From positions 1 to 28,799 of the IMG/VR virus record IMGVR_UViG_3300046374_000008: DNA of 28,799 bases. One strand, given 5' to 3'. Positions 1-4,673 of the stretch are shown here, one piece after another. Origin of the DNA: a virus (taxonomy: Duplodnaviria; Caudoviricetes). Position numbers and translations under genes: made by a program. The notes below the pieces were generated by a model. That model had not been told where the DNA came from. It saw only the letters and a program-made list of their open reading frames with translations, and searched no databases. How positions within the stretch are numbered: position 1 is the first letter of the stretch; every line of letters begins with the position of its first letter.

Positions 1-47
1 ACTCATAATTGTAGTTAGCGCGATTCTTTCAGCGGCTTAACTACACG

Positions 48-80
48 ATCGCCCGATCATCGCCCGATCATCGCCCGATC
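48..80. repeat. Tandem repeat ATCGCCCGATC x3 (11 bp)
   Basis: Three perfect copies at 48, 59 and 70. Confidence 0.95.
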
Positions 81-90
81 GAATTAATTA

Positions 91-130
91 CCCCCATCTA
101 CCCGCATCTCCCCGCATCTCCCCGCATCTG
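91..130. repeat. Tandem repeat CCCGCATCTC x3-4 (10 bp)
   Basis: cccccatcta cccgcatctc cccgcatctc cccgcatctg. Confidence 0.9.
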
Positions 131-368
131 CAGCATTGCTGCAGTTGCTGCACTTGCAGTGCCACTTCAGCCCAGGCTGGACGGAAAACGTACATTTTCC
201 ATTTTTTTCTGTCCTGTACCTGATTTGTTCCCCTCGGACACGAAAACTAGGAAAAACTAGGAATCCACCTTCACGTTTCCGGGGCCCCCTCGATCGTGAA
301 GCGCCAATCCGCCAACGCACCTCGACGTACCCCATTGAATCTCCTGCCATTTCCCCCTCCAATTTTCT

Positions 369-401
369 CGCTAGCCGGCGGGGTGCCACCGCCGGCTAGC
401 G
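369..401. repeat. Perfect 13-bp inverted repeat with 7-nt loop
   Basis: CGCTAGCCGGCGG (369-381) / CCGCCGGCTAGCG (389-401); no U-tract follows it on either strand. Confidence 0.85.
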
Positions 402-609
402 CCGCCGCGTGACCTCATGGCCCATGGGATCGCGTAGCGGGGTCGATCGCGAAGAGTATACGGACAAGTGTGTTGATCGTGTTATGCTCTTAGGCGGGGT
501 GCGGGCGTCCCGAGCTATGGGCAGGGTCGCAGGGCTTGTGTGGAGCACTCGGCGCGTAAGCCCCGGCGATGACGGATGCTCGCACTCTCATCCACATGGG
601 AGGATCTAC

Positions 610-768
610 GTGAAACATTCAAAGGCACATCCAGGCTTCGCCAAGGTGCAGTCGAAGATCGAGAAGGAGGGCTATTCCCCCAAGGAGGCCGGCGCGATTC
701 TCGCCAGCAAAACCCGCGGAGCCTCCAAGGCAGCGAAGAAGGCCAATCCCCGGCTCAAGCGCGTCTAA
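610..768 (+). CDS. Small basic phage protein, 52 aa (MKHSKAHPGFAKVQSKIEKEG...ANPRLKRV)
   Basis: GTG start after GGGAGG, in frame with ORF 409..768; Lys/Ala-rich; resembles a recurring small phage family (HPGF...AGAILA...NPRL) by recall. Confidence 0.7.
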   Translation: MKHSKAHPGFAKVQSKIEKEGYSPKEAGAILASKTRGASKAAKKANPRLKRV

Positions 769-811
769 CCCTTAACCCTATCTAACCCTATCTAACCATA
801 TCTAACCCTAT
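764..811. repeat. Tandem repeat TCTAACCCTA, about 5 copies (10 bp)
   Basis: tctaaccc ttaacccta tctaacccta tctaaccata tctaacccta; fills the whole intergenic space. Confidence 0.93.
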
Positions 812-1358
812 GCCATATCAAGCCTATCAGCTGCCTCCCCCTCCGCATGTGTTGGATATTTTCGAGTCCAATCCCACGTCCTATCTGGCGTTCCCGATCT
901 GGCTACGGGACGCGGTTGCCACCAAGGATGTTCGCCTAACCGCCGATGGCGAGGATGTTTACGTGCGGACTCCGGCTGGCGAGATGCTAGTTGAACCGAC
1001 TGATTATATTATCAAATCAGGTCGCGGCAACTTCTTCGTGGTATCGGAAGCGCTGTTCGCCAGTCTGACCGCTGGGGATTCCGTCTTATTACCTCCCGAG
1101 CCTTCTCCTGAGCCCCCTCCTCTTGAGCCCGTTCCCGAGTCCACTCCTTTCCCCTCTCCTCGTCCCGACTTCCCCGATCCGCCCTATTCCCCCGGCGTGC
1201 TGGCGAGATCCGCCGAGGCCCGCCGCCGGCAAGCCGAGTGGGAAGCCTCAGCTCCAACCCCACAGGCCCCAGCTCCACAGGCCCCAGCTCCACAGGCCCC
1301 AGTCGACGAGCCCGCCATCGAGGGGGCTGATTCAAATGATCCCGGACGAGGCTCTTAA
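810..1358 (+). CDS. Hypothetical protein, 182 aa: N-terminal PGDYG-like phage domain plus Pro-rich tail
   Basis: VRTPAGEM..EPTDYIIKSGRGNFF resembles the common phage TLEG..GDYII.G..GEFY motif; C-terminal PEP/APQ low complexity; no SD seen. Confidence 0.65.
   Translation: MPYQAYQLPPPPHVLDIFESNPTSYLAFPIWLRDAVATKDVRLTADGEDVYVRTPAGEMLVEPTDYIIKSGRGNFFVVSEALFASLTAGDSVLLPPEPSPEPPPLEPVPESTPFPSPRPDFPDPPYSPGVLARSAEARRRQAEWEASAPTPQAPAPQAPAPQAPVDEPAIEGADSNDPGRGS
1260..1302 (+). repeat. 15-bp coding tandem repeat (PQAPA x about 3)
   Basis: CCACAGGCCCCAGCT repeated in frame within 810..1358. Confidence 0.9.
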
Positions 1359-1539
1359 GCCTTACGGCTTCATTCGCGGCTCAACCGAGCGCTGGTGCGT
1401 GACGTGCCGGCGCATGATGCCATCTCTCCACCCCAGAGCGTTCAAATGCCGGTCCTGTGCGGCCGACGCTTTCCGGGCAGTCGAGCGCGAAGCTCGTCGC
1501 GAAGCTTTCCATCAGGAGCGACCGATCAGTGGCAATTGA
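1336..1539 (+). CDS. Small putative zinc-ribbon protein, 67 aa
   Basis: ATG after GAGGGG; CVTC...CRSC pair; overlaps both neighbours. Confidence 0.65.
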   Translation: MIPDEALKPYGFIRGSTERWCVTCRRMMPSLHPRAFKCRSCAADAFRAVEREARREAFHQERPISGN

Positions 1540-3025
1540 CTGGGACACGCATGAGCCCCACGCCTTTCCGCCTGCGCTCTCGGCGATCACTAAAGTTAAA
1601 CCCGATGATCTGCTTTCCGACGTCATTCTCAAATATAGATTCAACCGCGTTGCGTTCTTCTCCGAAGTCATGGGAGTCGCCAACCTCGAAATCTGGCAAC
1701 GCCGCGAACTTATTGCTCTTGACGATGGTTGTAAGCGTTTGTCTATTCGTTCTGGACACGGTGTCGGCAAGACTATGTTTCTTGCCGGGACGATCCTGCA
1801 CTTTCTTCTCACCCAGTATCCATGCAAGGTCGCCGTCACCGCTCCGAGCGCGACCCAGTTGTTCGACGCCCTCGCCTCGGAGGTGCGGCACTGGCTAAAG
1901 GAGATCGAGCGCCGGCAGCCCCTATTCGCCGGCATCCTCGACGCCACGTCAGAGCGTGTGTTCATGCGCCAAGCGCCGGAATCATGCTTCTGCACCTACC
2001 GCACAAGCCGCAAGGAGAACCCCGAGGCGCTCCAGGGCATCCACGCCGAGAACGTCCTCTTGATCGCCGACGAGGCCTCGGGCGTCGCCGAGAACGTCTT
2101 TGAAGCTGCCTCGGGCTCGATGTCGACCCGCGGCGCGATTACCGTGCTGGCCGGCAACCCAACCCGCGGATCTGGATTCTTCTACCAGACTCACACCAAG
2201 CTCCGACAAATCTGGCGCGCGGTGCGGGTCCAGGGCTTCGAATCGACCCGCGTCGATCCTGGCTACATCGATGAGGAGCGGCTTTATGGGGAGACCAGCA
2301 ACCGATACCGTATTCGCGTCCTTGGCGAGTTCCCCCAAGGGGATGACGATACGCTTATCGCACGATCTCTGGTCGAAGCTGCTATGCGGAGAAAAATTAC
2401 GCCTCCGCGCAACGAACCAATCTACTGGGGAGTGGATGTCGCTCGATCTCTCAATCGAGACAAGTCATCCCTTGCCAAGAGGAAAGGCCCAGTTGTCCTA
2501 GAGAAGGTCAAGCGATGGCAGTACAACGACGTCATGAAGCTCACCGGAGCGATCGTGAATGAGTACACCAACGCGCCGGCCCACCTTAAGCCCGAAAGTA
2601 TCTTCATCGACGTTATCGGCGTTGGGGGCGGTGTGCTTGATCGCCTGCGAGAACTCGAACTGCCCGCTGTCGGTGTTAATGTGGGAGAAATGTCCGGTGT
2701 GCTCCAAAAAGCTGTTAGGCTACGTGACGAAATCTGGCTTAACGCTCGCGACTGGTTTTCGACGGGAGTCGTCCAATTCCCTGATGATGATCCTGACACC
2801 GTTGAAGAACTCGTCACACCCACGGTTGCCTATCAATCGAACGGCAACGCCAAGGTCGAAAGCAAGGACGAAATGAGAGCGCGTGGTGTTCTCGATGGGC
2901 GCTCACCCGACGGTGCGGATGCGGTGAACTTGACCTTCGCTCGGATTGGCGCGATCACGGCACAGAGCATGACCGGAACGACCAAGAAGGGTGCTCTCAA
3001 GCGCAAGAACACGAGGCGCGTGTGA
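1529..3025 (+). CDS. terL: Terminase large subunit
   Basis: Walker A SGHGVGKT, Walker B LIADEASG, coupling motif GNP, nuclease motifs GVDVAR and SPDGADA; GTG 1529 chosen for upstream AGGAG (ORF open from 1457). Confidence 0.96.
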   Translation: MAIDWDTHEPHAFPPALSAITKVKPDDLLSDVILKYRFNRVAFFSEVMGVANLEIWQRRELIALDDGCKRLSIRSGHGVGKTMFLAGTILHFLLTQYPCKVAVTAPSATQLFDALASEVRHWLKEIERRQPLFAGILDATSERVFMRQAPESCFCTYRTSRKENPEALQGIHAENVLLIADEASGVAENVFEAASGSMSTRGAITVLAGNPTRGSGFFYQTHTKLRQIWRAVRVQGFESTRVDPGYIDEERLYGETSNRYRIRVLGEFPQGDDDTLIARSLVEAAMRRKITPPRNEPIYWGVDVARSLNRDKSSLAKRKGPVVLEKVKRWQYNDVMKLTGAIVNEYTNAPAHLKPESIFIDVIGVGGGVLDRLRELELPAVGVNVGEMSGVLQKAVRLRDEIWLNARDWFSTGVVQFPDDDPDTVEELVTPTVAYQSNGNAKVESKDEMRARGVLDGRSPDGADAVNLTFARIGAITAQSMTGTTKKGALKRKNTRRV

Positions 3026-3264
3026 TGTGCACCACTCCATTCGCCGATCCTAACGACAACCCCACAAACAACGTGATGCGTCACGCGATGCGGGCGTTGA
3101 CGACTGAAGAGACCCAGCAGATGCGCGCGATCAAGACCAAGGGGTTGGAGTTTTACGAGTTGCTCACTAACATCGGCGATGGCAGGGATATCGCCATCGC
3201 CAAGACTCGGGTTGAAGAAGCGGTGATGTGGGGCGTCAGGCATGTGACAGGAGATAAAACATGA
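3025..3264 (+). CDS. Acb2/Tad1-like helical-hairpin protein (candidate immune-signal sponge)
   Basis: R.LT.EE...M..IK..G..F and GR.IAIAKT..EEAVMW match the recalled Acb2 pattern (R.LS.EE...M..VK..G..F ... GR.LAIGKT) and the Tad1-like EEAxMW motif; alternative GTG start at 3022. Confidence 0.65.
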   Translation: MCTTPFADPNDNPTNNVMRHAMRALTTEETQQMRAIKTKGLEFYELLTNIGDGRDIAIAKTRVEEAVMWGVRHVTGDKT

Positions 3265-3683
3265 TTCTTTCATCCAGGCGCAGCTTCATCAGCTCCTTCA
3301 TCGCCCTGGTCGCGGCTCCCGCCATCGTGCGTGTCAGCTCGATCATGCCGGTTAAAGCCATCCTGCCCATTGGTCCCGTCGAGGAGTTTATTGGCATCAT
3401 CGAAGATGAGGTGATGATCGACGGCAATCTTCAGTTCGGCGAATGGAAGCTGTTTGGCTACCCGACCAACCGGAATTTCAACACCTTTGATTGGGATTAC
3501 CCCGACGAGCGCGGGGAATGGAAGACCTATCAGGGCAGCTGGGAAGCTGCACGATTGAACGGCGTGGAGGGCACCAAGTATCGTGTTGAAAGGACAGCAA
3601 GCTTCGCAGGGAGCATGAAGATTCCCTTCAAAGCGCTTCGGGCTGTCGACGATTATTCTTCGTCGATCACCCTGAAAGAGTGA
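3261..3683 (+). CDS. Hypothetical protein with twin-arginine (Tat)-like signal, 140 aa
   Basis: N-terminus SRRSFI followed by hydrophobic FIALVAAPAIV; AGGAG SD; ATGA overlap with upstream gene. Confidence 0.75.
   Translation: MILSSRRSFISSFIALVAAPAIVRVSSIMPVKAILPIGPVEEFIGIIEDEVMIDGNLQFGEWKLFGYPTNRNFNTFDWDYPDERGEWKTYQGSWEAARLNGVEGTKYRVERTASFAGSMKIPFKALRAVDDYSSSITLKE
3597..3673 (+). repeat. Dispersed imperfect direct repeat, copy A (copy B at 4517-4580)
   Basis: GCAAGCTTCGyAGsGAGCAT...CAAAGyGCTTCGG..TGTCGAyGATTwTTCTTCGTCGATCACCCT present twice. Confidence 0.85.
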
Positions 3684-3704
3684 CCCCCTCGTGAGATGTG
3701 ATCC

Positions 3705-3776
3705 ATGTGGCCAGGAATCATAGGCATGGTATTCTACGGGATACTACTGCTCATAATCGTATGGAACGAGACATGA
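3705..3776 (+). CDS. 23-aa single-TM micropeptide MWPGIIGMVFYGILLLIIVWNET
   Basis: Read manually (below the ORF-track cutoff); hydrophobic core; stop overlaps next ATG (ATGA). Confidence 0.5.
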   Translation: MWPGIIGMVFYGILLLIIVWNET

Positions 3777-3844
3777 GTGATAGTACACTATTGCTACTAG
3801 TCGCCCTAGGGTTTCTACTATATCTGGCCTTCGTAACTGCCTAG
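3773..3844 (+). CDS. 23-aa single-TM micropeptide MSDSTLLLLVALGFLLYLAFVTA
   Basis: Read manually; ATGA-coupled to preceding peptide; 18-residue hydrophobic run. Confidence 0.5.
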   Translation: MSDSTLLLLVALGFLLYLAFVTA

Positions 3845-3857
3845 GAATCTTGATGCT

Positions 3858-4097
3858 ATGTTTGTGATCTTCAATCTCGATGGGACGATTTCGCGAGATC
3901 GTAAAGAACCTTGTCCGACGTGCGGGGCCATGACTCATTGCGGGGTTTGCTGGGAACATACTTACGATTGGTCGCCGTTCTATGTCTGGCATTGTCTGGT
4001 GTGCCGGATGCCACAGAGTGGCTTTGGTGTGGAAGGTACCAAGGTCCACACCTGTGATTTCTGCGGTTGGCAAGAAACTCCCATCAATGAAGGATGA
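3858..4097 (+). CDS. Cys-rich protein (four CxxC pairs), 79 aa
   Basis: CPTC, CGVC, CLVC, CDFC; N-terminus FNLDGT resembles a degenerate HAD motif I. Confidence 0.6.
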   Translation: MFVIFNLDGTISRDRKEPCPTCGAMTHCGVCWEHTYDWSPFYVWHCLVCRMPQSGFGVEGTKVHTCDFCGWQETPINEG

Positions 4098-4102
4098 TTG
4101 AC

Positions 4103-4258
4103 ATGCCCATCAAATCCAAGGCTCAGCAGCGTTTCATGTTCGCCAAGCAGAACGCTCCCGGCAAGATTGGTCAGGTGGCGCGCGAGTTCATCGCCGCGAC
4201 GCCGAAATCTTCCTTCAAGAAGTTGCCGGCGCGTGCCAAATCGAAAAGGAGCAAATGA
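4103..4258 (+). CDS. Small basic phage protein, 51 aa (MPIKSKAQQRFMFAK...KKLPARAKSKRSK)
   Basis: Read manually; AAGGA SD; resembles the recurring phage MPxKSKAQxRFMFA family; ATGA overlap with next gene. Confidence 0.8.
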   Translation: MPIKSKAQQRFMFAKQNAPGKIGQVAREFIAATPKSSFKKLPARAKSKRSK

Positions 4259-4626
4259 TGAGTGATATTGACACCGATCGCCCACCTCCGTTTCCGATGC
4301 CCCGGACGATTCCTAATGGCCCTGTCTTCAATCGCGGACTCGCTGCGGTTGCCGAGGCGGTTGCCGAGCAACATGCGGCAACCTCTTCTTATGCGACGCC
4401 TCCGATACCATCCAACTACAAGACACCCGGGCATTCCGCTGCTATCAAGGATCGGTTGAAGCAGCTCACTCATCGGGAGATGAGAGATTTTGTGGCGGAA
4501 ATCTTTGCTGCGCATCGCAAGCTTCGTAGCGAGCATCAAAGTGCTTCGGATGTCGATGATTTTTCTTCGTCGATCACCCTTGCCCAGCTCCCCGACGTCC
4601 TCGACAAGTTTGCCTACGGCGACTGA
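4255..4626 (+). CDS. Hypothetical protein, 123 aa
   Basis: AAGGAG SD; coupled to upstream gene. Confidence 0.75.
   Translation: MMSDIDTDRPPPFPMPRTIPNGPVFNRGLAAVAEAVAEQHAATSSYATPPIPSNYKTPGHSAAIKDRLKQLTHREMRDFVAEIFAAHRKLRSEHQSASDVDDFSSSITLAQLPDVLDKFAYGD
4517..4580 (+). repeat. Dispersed imperfect direct repeat, copy B
   Basis: Matches 3597-3673 apart from a 12-nt and a 1-nt indel plus a few substitutions. Confidence 0.85.
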
Positions 4627-4630
4627 TAAA

Positions 4631-4673
4631 TCCTGATATGTTTCAATCCCAGCTGGGAGGAACATGTCATGGA
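4631..4673 (+). promoter_or_regulatory. Putative mRNA hairpin sequestering the portal SD and start codon
   Basis: 18 pairs possible (two G-U, two bulges): 4631-4650 with 4655-4673, loop AGCT; covers GGGAGG and ATG 4669. Confidence 0.6.

Noticed and set aside
48-160. CRISPR array
   Set aside because: Units are 9-11 bp, directly adjacent, with no unique spacers and no cas genes
369-401. Rho-independent terminator
   Set aside because: No U-tract downstream on either strand
84-609. ORFs 84..389 (-), 136..399 (+) and the 5' part of 409..768
   Set aside because: They translate repeats and hairpins, lack an SD or recognisable motifs; a better start exists at 610
764-811. True eukaryotic telomere (TTAGGG)n
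   Set aside because: Period is 10 rather than 6, only about 5 copies, and it lies internally between phage genes
3858-4097. c-type cytochrome or active HAD phosphatase
   Set aside because: No CxxCH motif; the HAD nucleophile is Asn and the protein is far too short
3597-4580. Diversity-generating retroelement TR/VR pair
   Set aside because: Mismatches are not adenine-specific, indels are present, and no reverse transcriptase is in the window; the same applies to the 45-nt fibre repeat
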